NCBI GenBank assembly: GCA_036128775.1
Contig: JAYYPZ010000051.1
Span: 1-51,925, forward strand
DNA from: Bacteroidota bacterium
GTDB taxonomy: Bacteria; Bacteroidota; Bacteroidia; Chitinophagales; UBA8649
Reading direction: 5' to 3'
Length of the DNA: 51,925 nt
Part shown: one piece after another, positions 1 to 9,576 of the stretch
Layout: each line of letters starts with the position of its first letter
How positions within the stretch are numbered: position 1 is the stretch's first letter
Position numbers and translations under genes: made by a program
Notes under the pieces: model-generated
What the model saw: only the letters and a program-made list of their open reading frames with translations
Database searches by the model: none
What the model was told of the DNA's origin: nothing

Positions 1-1764
1 GCGCACATTGATCACGGCAAGTCTACTCTTGCTGATCGACTTCTTGATGAGACGAAAGCCGTCAATGATCGAGAGAAACAAAGCCAAATCCTTGATGATA
101 TGGATTTGGAACGCGAACGAGGAATTACAATTAAAAGCCATGCCATTCGCATGGAATATGCCCATACCGACGGGAAAACCTACCGATTTAACCTTATTGA
201 CACACCGGGCCACGTGGACTTTTCTTACGAAGTTTCGCGGTCAATTGCTTCGTGTGAAGGAGCACTCCTTCTTGTGGATGCTACCCAAGGTATTCAAGCT
301 CAAACCATCTCTAACCTTTACTTGGCTCTGGAGAATGACTTGGAAATCATTCCGGTTATCAATAAGATTGATATGGATGGTGCCATGATTGAAGAAGTAT
401 CGGATCAAATCATTGACCTAATCGGCTGCGAAGCGGAAGACATAGTCCATGCTAGTGGAAAAACAGGCGTTGGCGTTCCAGACATTTTATCTGCCGTTGT
501 GGATCGAATTCCAGCACCAAAAGGCGACCCTAACGCCCCACTACAAGCGATGATTTTTGACTCCGTCTTTAACCCATTCCGTGGTGTCATTGCCTACTTC
601 CGGGTGTTAAATGGGACGATGAATAAGGGAGATAAAATTCAATTACTCTCTACAAAAGAAACGTATAATGCAGATGAGATTGGCATTTTGCGACTAAAGC
701 CTGAACCGTGCAATACCCTTTCTGCCGGAGATGTAGGCTACATCATCACAGGCATAAAGCAATCCAAGGAGATTAAAGTGGGAGATACAATCACCCTACA
801 AGAGAACCCCACTACGGAAATGGTCAAGGGTTTCGAAGATGTTAAACCAATGGTCTTCGCGGGGATTTATCCTATGGACTCCGATGATTATGAAGATTTG
901 CGGGATGCATTGGAAAAGCTTCAACTCAACGATGCTTCTTTGGTTTACGAACCGGAAACGTCGATTGCCTTAGGCTTTGGTTTTCGATGCGGTTTTCTGG
1001 GACTCCTTCATTTGGAAATCATCCAGGAACGACTGGAACGAGAGTTCGATCAAAGCGTTATCACTACTACACCTCAGGTCACCTATTTGGCCTACACTAA
1101 GGCAGGTGACGAGATCGTCATAAACAATCCTGCGGACTTACCCGATCCTTCATTTCTTGATCGTATCGAGGAACCCTATATACGCGCTCAAATCATTACA
1201 AAAGAAGAATATGTCGGATCGATGATGGGGCTTTGCATTGAAAACCGAGGCTTTCTCAAAAATCAAGTCTATCTCTCTATAGATCGTGTTGAATTGACTT
1301 TTGAAATGCCAATGTCCGAAATCGTTTTTGAATTTTATGACAAGCTAAAGTCCATTTCAAAAGGCTACGCCTCCTTTGACTATCATATCATAGGTTACCA
1401 ACCTGGCGATCTCGTTAAACTCGACATCAAACTTAATGGTGATAATGTAGATGCCTTTACTGCGATGATTCACCGCGACAAGGCTTACTATTTTGGAAGA
1501 AGGTTATGCGAGAAACTCAAAGAACTCATTCCAAGACAACAGTTTATGATTGCCATTCAAGCAGCAATCGGTCAAAAGGTTATTGCACGAGAAACGCTTT
1601 CTGCACTGCGAAAAGACGTTACCGCAAAATGCTACGGTGGTGATATTACCCGAAAGCGTAAGCTTCTTGAAAAACAGAAAAAGGGTAAGAAAAAAATGCG
1701 CCAATTTGGTAAAGTAGAGGTCCCACAGCAAGCCTTCCTTGCTGTACTTAAACTCAACAATTAA
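1..1764 (+). CDS. lepA: Translation elongation factor 4 (LepA), N-terminus cut by window edge
   Basis: Frame 1 is open from nt 1 ([16 protein letters not shown]1 region). DTPGHVDF (G3) and NKID (G4) are present, as is the LepA-type C-terminus [23 protein letters not shown]. Stop TAA at 1762-1764. Confidence 0.97.
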   Translation, partial: AHIDHGKSTLADRLLDETKAVNDREKQSQILDDMDLERERGITIKSHAIRMEYAHTDGKTYRFNLIDTPGHVDFSYEVSRSIASCEGALLLVDATQGIQAQTISNLYLALENDLEIIPVINKIDMDGAMIEEVSDQIIDLIGCEAEDIVHASGKTGVGVPDILSAVVDRIPAPKGDPNAPLQAMIFDSVFNPFRGVIAYFRVLNGTMNKGDKIQLLSTKETYNADEIGILRLKPEPCNTLSAGDVGYIITGIKQSKEIKVGDTITLQENPTTEMVKGFEDVKPMVFAGIYPMDSDDYEDLRDALEKLQLNDASLVYEPETSIALGFGFRCGFLGLLHLEIIQERLEREFDQSVITTTPQVTYLAYTKAGDEIVINNPADLPDPSFLDRIEEPYIRAQIITKEEYVGSMMGLCIENRGFLKNQVYLSIDRVELTFEMPMSEIVFEFYDKLKSISKGYASFDYHIIGYQPGDLVKLDIKLNGDNVDAFTAMIHRDKAYYFGRRLCEKLKELIPRQQFMIAIQAAIGQKVIARETLSALRKDVTAKCYGGDITRKRKLLEKQKKGKKKMRQFGKVEVPQQAFLAVLKLNN

Positions 1765-2534
1765 TGCCGGCTCTGCCGTTAAACTATAAAGTCTTAGGCT
1801 CCGGAGAACCCTTGATTATCTTGCACGGTCTCTTCGGTTCATTGGACAATTGGCAGACCTTAGGCAGAAAATGGAGTATTGATCGACAGGTAATTCTCGT
1901 TGACCAAAGAAATCATGGACGGTCTCCTCACGCTGAGGATTTTGGCTACGAAGAAATGGCCGAAGACGTGCTACAATTGATGGATGATTTGTCTTTTGAA
2001 ACTATAGATCTTATGGGGCATTCCATGGGTGGGAAAACAGCAATGCACCTAGCATTAACAAGGCCAGAACGAATTCGCAACTTAATCATTGCTGATGTAG
2101 CGCCTGTAACCTATGAAGGTGGACATGCTAAAATTTTTAATGCCCTTCAATCCATTGACTTCAGTTTGATCAATCGCCGCGAAGAAATCGATGAACAATT
2201 ATCTCACGCCATACCGGATACCTCAGTGCGACAATTTTTAATGAAAGGCGTCACGCGAGACGAAACCAAGGAATTGACCTGGAAGTTTAATGTCGATGCC
2301 TTGTGGGAACATTACAATAAAATTTTAACCTTTCCCGAAGCACTAAAGCCCTATAGACAAAGTGCCACCTTTATACGAGGAGGCAAGTCGAATTACATCA
2401 CAGAAGATCATTGGAAAAGCACTAAATTGATATTCCCAAAGGCCAAACTACGCACCATAGACTCGGCAGGTCACTGGCTACATGCTGAACAACCTAAAGA
2501 CTTTTTTGATATCGTGACTGCGGCCTTAGCCTAG
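1764..2534 (+). CDS. Alpha/beta-fold hydrolase (YbfF-type esterase-like)
   Basis: HGLFGS oxyanion region, GHSMGG nucleophile elbow, C-terminal DSAGHWLH catalytic His region. The ATG overlaps the lepA stop (TAATG). Confidence 0.8.
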   Translation: MPALPLNYKVLGSGEPLIILHGLFGSLDNWQTLGRKWSIDRQVILVDQRNHGRSPHAEDFGYEEMAEDVLQLMDDLSFETIDLMGHSMGGKTAMHLALTRPERIRNLIIADVAPVTYEGGHAKIFNALQSIDFSLINRREEIDEQLSHAIPDTSVRQFLMKGVTRDETKELTWKFNVDALWEHYNKILTFPEALKPYRQSATFIRGGKSNYITEDHWKSTKLIFPKAKLRTIDSAGHWLHAEQPKDFFDIVTAALA

Positions 2535-2559
2535 AAACTACAAGTCATCAGAAAACAAC

Positions 2560-2583
2560 GAGGCCTCCCCTAGGGGAGGCCTC
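2560..2583. terminator. Perfect palindrome (11-bp arms, 2-nt centre) between convergent genes; possible bidirectional terminator
   Basis: gaggcctcccc-ta-ggggaggcctc lies between the hydrolase stop (2534) and the minus-strand stop at 2613. The U-tract is poor on the + side; TTTT follows only on the minus side. Confidence 0.45.
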
Positions 2584-2612
2584 ATCAGAACTGCAAATCT
2601 TCGAGAATGACT

Positions 2613-5438
2613 CTATTGAATCTGAATTCTGCTATGCATGAGTTGACCTGATTCGAACCACTGAATCATATACATGCCCGGAGCAATGTGGGATAAATCA
2701 GTAGTGAAAGAATTCACCTCATTATTCATTGACCACACCCGACGACCAGACATATCGGTTAACACAAAATTGGATACGAGATTAGAAGATTCCACGTGAA
2801 TTAGTCCAGAAGTTGGATTCGGATAGATTACAAGATTGCTTACCAAACCGCTAACGGAAGTCACTTCATTTTTAATCAAGTTCTCCACCGTATTGGTCGT
2901 AATAGCTGGATTGAAATCAAAGAAGATATCCGCTGTATTGGAAATGATCGTATTCTCTGGCACATCATCAACTTGCGAAAGCGTAAAGGATACAAATCCT
3001 TGACTGAGCTCCTCACTAACTGACTGAGGCACAAGATTGATATTATCAAAAATAAAGGCCAACTCACCCGGTACTTCTTGGGAAATAACAAAGTCGTGAC
3101 TTGCCGATACATTGCGCAAGGTTTGAAGATCAAGATTCGCATCAATCACGTCTCTAATCACCACTCTGTAGGCGGGTCCATTCCCTTCGTTTTGGAATCG
3201 AATGGTGTAATGATGATCTTTTTCATCTGTTGACATCTGACCTGCAGGATAAACTGCCTTATCGTTAGGATCCCAAGAAGAAGTAATTGAATCGTTAAGC
3301 GATGCGATATTGTTACTTGGTGTAGCATCCCCTGCTACAGGAGTAATGTTAACATTCTGTACCACTGGCATACCTGGCATTAACCCCATGTTTATTGGCG
3401 TATTGAAGTCCACATAGATTGTACGACACTGATAGGGCGCCAGATTTACAAAATCCCAGGTCAACAATTGACTTGCAGTATTCGATGAAGTGGGCAATGG
3501 ATAGGTATTGAAAAAATATCCTGCCGCAGTGTTACCCGATGGAGCCCATTCCAATTGGCTATCATAGGTAAGTTCTACAGTACCTGACATGGGTAGTAAT
3601 CCGTCATTACAATATTGGATGTAATTGTAATAAGGGAAGCCCGGAGTCGCCGTTGAAAACGCCGTGATACTAACCGATAGATCTTGAACCGTAGAAGAAT
3701 CTATTTGATAGCCAAAGTCGAGCTGTGATGCACCGGAAACTGCAGATAATGAGATGTTGGATAAAAAGTAAGCACCACATGTTGGACTGTAGTAACTATT
3801 GTACTGCCAAGTCGATTCCACATCATAGTTATCCTCTGGTACTCGGATGCTGTACGAACCTGAAGCGTCGGTGTAGGCCCAATACGTGTTACCACTTGTT
3901 GTGGATGTGAGCAGAATCGGTATGTTGGCCAAACCTGCATCATTGCCATCTTGAAGACAATTGGCGTTATCATCAAGAAAGACCGATCCAAATAATTCTA
4001 CACAGTCGTTGGAATCAGGAACAATGGTAGAATAAGAAGCAGAACATCCAAGTGCATCAGTTACGGTAACCGATACCAATCCAGGCGTAGGACCCCATAC
4101 ATATGACGTCGTATCCCCTGTACTCCATTGATACGTGAAGGGCGGAATGCCTGAAGACTGCAAAAAGATTCCATTTAGTGAATCATTACCGCAGGCATCA
4201 AAATACTCTGAAGCATAAATGATTACTGAATCCGCTGCGGAAACCGTAAAGTCCACAATGACATTACATCCACTGGCATCCATCACCTCGGCGCTGTAGG
4301 TGCCTGCTGGCAGGCTATCAATCACAAAGTAACTACTGCTCACTCCCATCGCTGGGCCTCCATTGAGACTGTAACTATAAGGAGGCGTTCCGCCATAGAC
4401 ATTAATGCCTGCCCCTCCATCAGCCCCATTGCCGGCACATGACACATCGAACGTTGTTTCTAAGAAAGCGTATAAGAAAGTGCCTAAGGAGTCTAAAAGG
4501 AGCGTTTCATAAGCATATGATGAACATCCTGAAGGATCGGATACCTCATAATAGATGTACAACACATTTGCTGTATTCACTCCATTAACGTCATAGGTAA
4601 AGGATGTGTTTTCTGATAAGCTGTAATGCACAACATTCTGAAATCCATCATACACCGTCCAAGAGTATACGCTTCCACCATTGGAAGTATTGTTTAAATC
4701 GACAATAACGGAATCGCATCCTATGACATTGAAAGAGCTTGAAAAAGAAGCTTGAATAGCAGTTCCACTTGCAAGGCTTGAGTCAATGACAACTGTCAAG
4801 GAGGTTGAATCATTACACAAGCCATCATGAACAAAAAGTAAGACATCAACTATACCCATATCAGCTGGTACCGAAACCGTTGGATTAGGCATAGTAGCTG
4901 AACCCTGTATTACAGCGATGGTCCCATTCCAACCATAAACGTAATATTCATAACTATAGGACTGGGAGTTAATCGATGTGATATCAAAAGTCAACTCCAC
5001 ACTATCGCAAGAATTCGAAGCAGACTGACTTACCGAAAACTGTGGGTCAAGCGCTTGACCTTGAGAGACCACAGTATAGGCTTGACTCGAGCTATCAAGT
5101 AAGGCACCATTCGGTGTGTAGGTATACAACGTCACTTGAAAGACTCCACCAAAAGGAAAGGTATAAGACACTACAGGAGCAAACCCGTTAGATACAAAAC
5201 TTAGTGAATCCACAATCCAACTTCCGCCTGGGCTTCCGCTCATATCTTCAATTATATAGGTGCCGTTAATTCCAAATGTCTGAAAGGAATCAATGAGTGC
5301 AAATTCTACTGAGGCATTTCCACAACCACCCCCTGGATTTTGTAAGGGGAGAATGGTAAAGTCCGCCGTGCTCTGAGCGAAGGCAAGACTTGAGCTCGAC
5401 ATGAACCATAAAAAAATAAGTTTGCGTAAATAATTCAT
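2613..5438 (-). CDS. Large secreted cell-surface protein with SprB-type repeats and T9SS C-terminal sorting domain
   Basis: Best start is the ATG at 5438, giving signal peptide MNYLRKLIFLWFMSSSSLAFAQ; the ORF-track start at 5543 adds 35 implausible residues. Two SprB-like repeats (GGTPPYSYSLNGG...AGTYSAEVMDASGC; GIPPFTYQWSTGD...VTVTDALGC). Also a Cna-B/SdrD-like segment, a WDPNDK motif, and a C-terminal LVIYPNPTSGLIHVES...MYMIQWF...RIQIQ typical of T9SS CTDs. Confidence 0.85.
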   Translation of the reverse strand: MNYLRKLIFLWFMSSSSLAFAQSTADFTILPLQNPGGGCGNASVEFALIDSFQTFGINGTYIIEDMSGSPGGSWIVDSLSFVSNGFAPVVSYTFPFGGVFQVTLYTYTPNGALLDSSSQAYTVVSQGQALDPQFSVSQSASNSCDSVELTFDITSINSQSYSYEYYVYGWNGTIAVIQGSATMPNPTVSVPADMGIVDVLLFVHDGLCNDSTSLTVVIDSSLASGTAIQASFSSSFNVIGCDSVIVDLNNTSNGGSVYSWTVYDGFQNVVHYSLSENTSFTYDVNGVNTANVLYIYYEVSDPSGCSSYAYETLLLDSLGTFLYAFLETTFDVSCAGNGADGGAGINVYGGTPPYSYSLNGGPAMGVSSSYFVIDSLPAGTYSAEVMDASGCNVIVDFTVSAADSVIIYASEYFDACGNDSLNGIFLQSSGIPPFTYQWSTGDTTSYVWGPTPGLVSVTVTDALGCSASYSTIVPDSNDCVELFGSVFLDDNANCLQDGNDAGLANIPILLTSTTSGNTYWAYTDASGSYSIRVPEDNYDVESTWQYNSYYSPTCGAYFLSNISLSAVSGASQLDFGYQIDSSTVQDLSVSITAFSTATPGFPYYNYIQYCNDGLLPMSGTVELTYDSQLEWAPSGNTAAGYFFNTYPLPTSSNTASQLLTWDFVNLAPYQCRTIYVDFNTPINMGLMPGMPVVQNVNITPVAGDATPSNNIASLNDSITSSWDPNDKAVYPAGQMSTDEKDHHYTIRFQNEGNGPAYRVVIRDVIDANLDLQTLRNVSASHDFVISQEVPGELAFIFDNINLVPQSVSEELSQGFVSFTLSQVDDVPENTIISNTADIFFDFNPAITTNTVENLIKNEVTSVSGLVSNLVIYPNPTSGLIHVESSNLVSNFVLTDMSGRRVWSMNNEVNSFTTDLSHIAPGMYMIQWFESGQLMHSRIQIQ

Positions 5439-5485
5439 ATTGAAAATTATAGGGTTAAAAAATGGTTTTTTAGTGAATAAATGTT

Positions 5486-5830
5486 TTAGGTTAATAGGAT
5501 TCTCGTGAAAATTTGTTTTTGATCTGATAATCGATCTAAGCACTCAAGGCTCACGCGGTACCACCCCGACAAGGGTAATTGGTAGCTCATCGTTTTGCGC
5601 CTACCTGAGCTTACTTGAGCAATCTGCTCAAAGGAATTAGGATGCACGATACGTTCAATAATCCATGTCAGCTTCCCTTCGCCTGCATTAAAAGCAACAA
5701 AGTCAAAGGTCCTAAAACCAGCTTGCACATTGCCTGCTAGTGCCATAAAGCTAGGCCCCGCATTAAGAGTAAATGGTGCGTTCTGCCCTTGGTCTTTACC
5801 TGAATGATTATTTCGTTTTCGCATATCCAT
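5486..5830 (-). CDS. Hypothetical ORF, possibly a gene remnant
   Basis: Supported by the ORF only. Residues ~40-75 (FRTFDFVAFNAGEGKLTWIIERIVHPNSFEQIAQ) weakly resemble the C-terminal strands of NTF2/SnoaL-like proteins. No matching N-terminal half is present, and the last ~40 aa look non-protein-like. It overlaps the promoter region of the T9SS gene. Confidence 0.3.
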   Translation of the reverse strand: MDMRKRNNHSGKDQGQNAPFTLNAGPSFMALAGNVQAGFRTFDFVAFNAGEGKLTWIIERIVHPNSFEQIAQVSSGRRKTMSYQLPLSGWYRVSLECLDRLSDQKQIFTRILLT

Positions 5831-6042
5831 GGGTTTTAGTGATGTAATAAACTTATATCTCTTGTATAATTTCTTATAATACTATGTGGTCCATTTGTTA
5901 ATATTTTTTGTTGTTCAAATATGTATTATAAATTATTCTTAAATACTGATATTCATTGTTTTATAAACTATACTGTATATATTTTTTGTTAATCATTTCA
6001 AAATGTTTCCATCCCCAACCATAAGGATTACATGACTTTTGG

Positions 6043-6380
6043 TTAGAGGGAACAATCTCGCTTGTCCAAGTCGACCGGCAAAAGGAGGGCAGCGTTATAG
6101 GTCTAGCCTTGTGCGCAAAAATTATGCAAAAGCATAATGGACTTATCGCTGTAACCAGTGACGGCCACAGCGGCACATCCTTTAGATTGATCTTTTATTA
6201 GCTTACGCTAAATAAATTAAAAGCCAATTCAGGCTGATCAAAAACTTCAATTGTAGCTTTTGATGCTCTTACCTTATTCATTTCAACTGAAGGTTGGTCA
6301 AATGCCTCAATAGTAGTTTTACCACCTTTTAAAGCTTTTGACGCTTGGTCGTTTAACGGAATGAATGTGTTCTTTTTCAT
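6043..6380 (-). pseudogene. Decayed stand-alone CheY-like receiver (response regulator) gene: one frameshift plus one in-frame TAG
   Basis: My own translation of the minus strand 6207->6043, one frame off the 60-aa ORF, gives RKLIKDQSKGCAAVAVTGYSDKSIMLLHNFCAQG*TYNAALLLPVDLDKRDCSL*. Joined to the 60-aa ORF this gives ~114 aa with receiver-like order: FIPLNDQ (beta1 acidic pocket), ALKGGKTTIEAFDQPSVEMNKV (cf. CheY [23 protein letters not shown]), IEVFDQPELAFNLFSVKLIK (cf. ISDWNMPNMDGLELLKTIR), AVAVTGY (beta4 Thr), FCAQG..Y...LPVDLDK (cf. AGA..yl.KPid). The conserved Lys before Pro is replaced by Leu. The region is ~51% GC by hand count inside ~19% GC spacer DNA. Confidence 0.45.
6198..6380 (-). 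CDS. Intact 60-aa ORF: small hypothetical protein or N-terminal half of a decayed receiver-domain gene
   Basis: MKKNTFIPLNDQASKALKGGKTTIEAFDQPSVEMNKVRASKATIEVFDQPELAFNLFSVS. See the pseudogene call at 6043-6380. Confidence 0.4.
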   Translation of the reverse strand: MKKNTFIPLNDQASKALKGGKTTIEAFDQPSVEMNKVRASKATIEVFDQPELAFNLFSVS

Positions 6381-6669
6381 AATTTCTAGTTTTCAACGCC
6401 TTTACAACTGTGAACTTATCGGAAAATTGCAGGGATTTACACTACGTATGTAGGCTATTGTTAGGAGATATAACTTTGTGAGGCCCAAAAAAGGAATTTT
6501 TTTATCTCAAAAAACGATCTATATATCTGAATATCAGCATATTGATAACATTCTAATCAACTACAAAAAATTGAATTTGTTAATCAATTAAGTCATTTTT
6601 TTAATCTCCTGCAACTACAATTTTTTTGTTATTTAGCGCTTCTTAAAAAGAAAAGAAGAGATTTGCGAC

Positions 6670-7440
6670 GTGAATAATCTCATAGACACCCACTGCCACT
6701 TGTACGACAAAGCCTTTGATGAAGATCGCCTGCTTGCATCAAAAAGAGCTCAAGAAAAAGGTCTAGTCAATATCCTTATGCCTAATGTTGACCTTGCATC
6801 TTTACCAAGAATGCTCGAGCTGCACCAAAGCAATCCAACCTTCTTTAGACCAATGCTTGGCCTACACCCGTGCTCCGTAGCTGAAAATTATAAAGAGGAG
6901 TTGTCCTTCCTTAAGTCAAGTATTGACAAGGCAACATTTATTGCCATAGGAGAAATAGGTATTGATAAATATTGGTCACTTGACTTCATTTCCCAGCAAA
7001 TCGATGCCTTTGAGTATCAAATTGATTGGGCCATACAGCTCGACCTTCCCATTGCAATCCACTGCCGCGATGCTTACCCGGAAATTCTTGACATACTTGA
7101 GCAAAAGAAACATACACGACTTCGCGGAGTTCTTCATTGCTTTACAGGCAGCCAAGCAGATGCCGAAAGATTGATGGACATGGGTTTTTACTTAGGGCTG
7201 GGCGGCGTACTAACCTTTAAAAATGGAGGGCTAGCTGAATGGATACAATCCATCCCTCTAGACCGTATTCTTTTGGAAACCGATGCACCCTATCTCGCAC
7301 CTACTCCTTATCGAGGAAAACGAAACGAACCATCGTACATAGTCGAAGTTGCGCAAAAACTAGCTGATATTCATGAGTCTCCTCTGGAAGCAATAGCAGA
7401 GAAAACCACTGAAAACGCTGTAAAACTTTTTAACCTGTAA
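6670..7440 (+). CDS. TatD-family metal-dependent hydrolase
   Basis: GTG start. IDTHCHL metal-binding motif, GEIGIDKYW, IHCRDA, VLHCFTG, LLETDAPYL. Confidence 0.9.
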   Translation: MNNLIDTHCHLYDKAFDEDRLLASKRAQEKGLVNILMPNVDLASLPRMLELHQSNPTFFRPMLGLHPCSVAENYKEELSFLKSSIDKATFIAIGEIGIDKYWSLDFISQQIDAFEYQIDWAIQLDLPIAIHCRDAYPEILDILEQKKHTRLRGVLHCFTGSQADAERLMDMGFYLGLGGVLTFKNGGLAEWIQSIPLDRILLETDAPYLAPTPYRGKRNEPSYIVEVAQKLADIHESPLEAIAEKTTENAVKLFNL

Positions 7441-7502
7441 GGCCGTGTCGCCTTATCTTTCCATTTCAGTCTAGATTAAAAAATCAGACCGGATCGTAAA
7501 CC

Positions 7503-8219
7503 ATGGGAACGCGCATCAACAAATACCTCAGTGAAATAGGATACTGCTCTCGCAGGGCGGCCGACAAGCTCTTGGAGGAAGGCAGAATTACCATTAACGG
7601 AAAGAAAGCCCCGCTTGGCGAAAAAGTAGAGGAAGGTGATGTGGTAGCGGTCAATGGTCGGGTGGTAAGCCCAAGAAATGCTAAACATGTCTACATTGCC
7701 CTCAATAAACCAAGAGGAATCGTCTGCACAACCGACCGAAGGGTCGAAAAAGATAACATCATTGATTTTATAGGACACCCCCAGCGCATTTTCCCAATAG
7801 GGCGCTTGGATAAACCATCCGAAGGACTAATCCTTTTGACAAGCGATGGAGATATCGTCAATAAAATTCTAAGAGCTCGTAACAATCACGAAAAGGAATA
7901 CCTTGTCCAAGTCAACAAACCGATCACAAAAGATTTTCTTCGACACATGCGCAATGGACTTCCGATTCTTGGGACAGTGACCAGGAAATGTGTGGTAGAA
8001 CAAATAGGTCCGGATATGTTTAGAATTATCCTAACCCAAGGCTTAAATCGCCAGATTCGACGGATGTGCGAGTACCTAGACTATCGCGTCAAACGACTCA
8101 AAAGGATTCGTATCATGAATATCGAACTCGACTTACCCGTTGGCAAGTGGCGTGACTTGACCAAGCGAGAGCTTCAAGAACTCAACAGGCTTTGCGCAGG
8201 AAGCCAGAAGACAACATAA
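7503..8219 (+). CDS. rluF: 23S rRNA pseudouridine synthase RluF (RsuA/RluF family)
   Basis: N-terminal S4 domain ([31 protein letters not shown]) and catalytic [37 protein letters not shown] and [27 protein letters not shown] closely follow E. coli RluF as I remember it. Confidence 0.9.
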   Translation: MGTRINKYLSEIGYCSRRAADKLLEEGRITINGKKAPLGEKVEEGDVVAVNGRVVSPRNAKHVYIALNKPRGIVCTTDRRVEKDNIIDFIGHPQRIFPIGRLDKPSEGLILLTSDGDIVNKILRARNNHEKEYLVQVNKPITKDFLRHMRNGLPILGTVTRKCVVEQIGPDMFRIILTQGLNRQIRRMCEYLDYRVKRLKRIRIMNIELDLPVGKWRDLTKRELQELNRLCAGSQKTT

Positions 8220-8284
8220 CTGTTATAAACTCTTTTGATTTTAACCCCCTATCCTCAGTTGGATGCGAGGCCCAATATGTTGGG

Positions 8285-8701
8285 CTAAACTTTGCAAATG
8301 AAATTTGTCAACGATCGGTATAGCCGCCATTCAACATGCTCCCCTGCCCTTACTTTAACTGCCGTGTAAATTAGAGCAATTACCTCTAGCACATTAAACA
8401 GAAATACTGAAGTCAGTGTGATGACAAACAAAGTAGAAAATGCTAAGTCACCTCTTACTACAGAAAACGTCCACCAAAAACAGTAAGAATTTAACGGCAT
8501 AATGATGACCTGTGAAAGAAGAGCTTGCATACAATGCCACCTTACGAAGTAGCTGGATTTTCTGTTGTTTTGCAAATACAAAGCACTTGCTAAGAAACCT
8601 AGCAGGGGAAAAACAACAATAAGTGCAATCAAGTAGCTATTGGATGCATCTTCTGCATCTTGTTCAATAGGTTTTTGAAACTGCATATCCCGTTCTATCA
8701 T
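8285..8701 (-). CDS. Small polytopic membrane protein (DUF4870-like)
   Basis: Three to four hydrophobic helices and a YFVRWHCMQALLSQV segment reminiscent of DUF4870. The start overlaps the upstream stop as ATGA (8698-8701). Confidence 0.5.
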   Translation of the reverse strand: MIERDMQFQKPIEQDAEDASNSYLIALIVVFPLLGFLASALYLQNNRKSSYFVRWHCMQALLSQVIIMPLNSYCFWWTFSVVRGDLAFSTLFVITLTSVFLFNVLEVIALIYTAVKVRAGEHVEWRLYRSLTNFICKV

Positions 8702-9111
8702 AAGCCTTTAGCTATATTCCAAATCCAGTTTGCTGCCACTAATAGTCCAAATCCAATTGCAATAGGCGGTTTTTTTAAAAAACGAATAGCCCATTTGTAA
8801 ACATTAACCAGTGTTTCTTTTCCCATGATTACATCGAAAAATATCCAACAAGGAATAAAGAACATGACCCATGCTGCCAGGAAACCTAAGGGGTTCAGCA
8901 TAAAAGCCTCTTTAGGACTCCCATTGAGCAGCATAATCAACGAACGTGTAGAGCCGCAAGAGGGACAAGGAGCACCTGTTACATTTTTTATAATACAAAC
9001 ACTAGCGGCTTCATTGTCTAGGTTGTCTGATTTCATGCTGTAAAAAACCCAACAATAGCTGACAAAACAAGCAAAAAGGAGGGCAAGGTATAACTTGCTT
9101 CTTGTTTGCAT
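8698..9111 (-). CDS. DUF2752-family membrane protein
   Basis: CPSCGSTRS (CxxCGxTR signature of DUF2752) followed by hydrophobic helices. There is a 3-nt gap to the upstream TM2 gene. Confidence 0.7.
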   Translation of the reverse strand: MQTRSKLYLALLFACFVSYCWVFYSMKSDNLDNEAASVCIIKNVTGAPCPSCGSTRSLIMLLNGSPKEAFMLNPLGFLAAWVMFFIPCWIFFDVIMGKETLVNVYKWAIRFLKKPPIAIGFGLLVAANWIWNIAKGL

Positions 9112-9114
9112 TGT

Positions 9115-9453
9115 CTAATATAAGAAGGGTTGAAGCTTTTCCAAATTCTTTTCTCGAGTAGCTTTCTGGATACTGAACCAGTCAACAATTGTCCAAATAC
9201 CCAAACCTCCGCAGGTTAGAAGTTTAGCAATTCCAAGACCGACGTCTCCAAGAAAGAACCTATCGATACCCAAACCTCCTGCTAAGAGTGATATGATTAG
9301 CGTTGTTGTTGGATCTTTGAGAGGTACTGATTGCACAACTGCCCATTTTGAGTCGTCTAACTGGATGAGCCTTTCTCTGATCATGTTTATTTGTACAGAT
9401 GGGAAATACTTCGCATTAGCCATAATATACATGTCGACTTTTGATGATTCCAT
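9115..9453 (-). CDS. TM2-domain membrane protein
   Basis: LLAGGLGIDRFFLGDVGLGIAKLLTCGGLGIWTIVDWF is a TM2 domain. The ATG at 9453 (MESSKVDMY...) is preferred over the 9486 start in the ORF track. Confidence 0.75.
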   Translation of the reverse strand: MESSKVDMYIMANAKYFPSVQINMIRERLIQLDDSKWAVVQSVPLKDPTTTLIISLLAGGLGIDRFFLGDVGLGIAKLLTCGGLGIWTIVDWFSIQKATREKNLEKLQPFLY

Positions 9454-9576
9454 TTTTTTGTGTTTTGGTTTACTGTAATAATACAAATTACCCTATGTCT
9501 TTTCGCACCGTTAATAATGATTTTAACAGGCAACGAATTTTCTGTCTATCTTCCGATTAAAACCAAAACAATTCAA

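Noticed and set aside
5961-6176. 71-aa minus-strand ORF (MPLWPSLVTAISPLCF...)
   Set aside because: It is an out-of-frame read of the same GC-rich island. Its translation has no protein-like features, whereas the neighbouring frame gives the receiver-like sequence.
6040-6190. Riboswitch or other structured ncRNA in the GC-rich island (AGGGAA and ...GCTGTAAC... elements looked faintly cobalamin-like; hairpins at 6121-6138 and 6147-6172)
   Set aside because: There is no B12 box (GCCACTG) or other riboswitch core that I could align. There is no end-to-end pairing as in 6S RNA, and no gene lies downstream in the right position. The island is better explained as the C-terminal half of a decayed receiver gene.
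6198-6380. RiPP/class-II bacteriocin precursor with a Bacteroidetes-type GG leader (MKK...ALKGG) and a duplicated core peptide
   Set aside because: No maturase, C39-peptidase exporter or immunity gene is nearby. The ORF also continues, after a one-base frame change, into sequence that completes a CheY-like receiver domain, which explains the apparent leader and repeat. It is kept only as a minority alternative.
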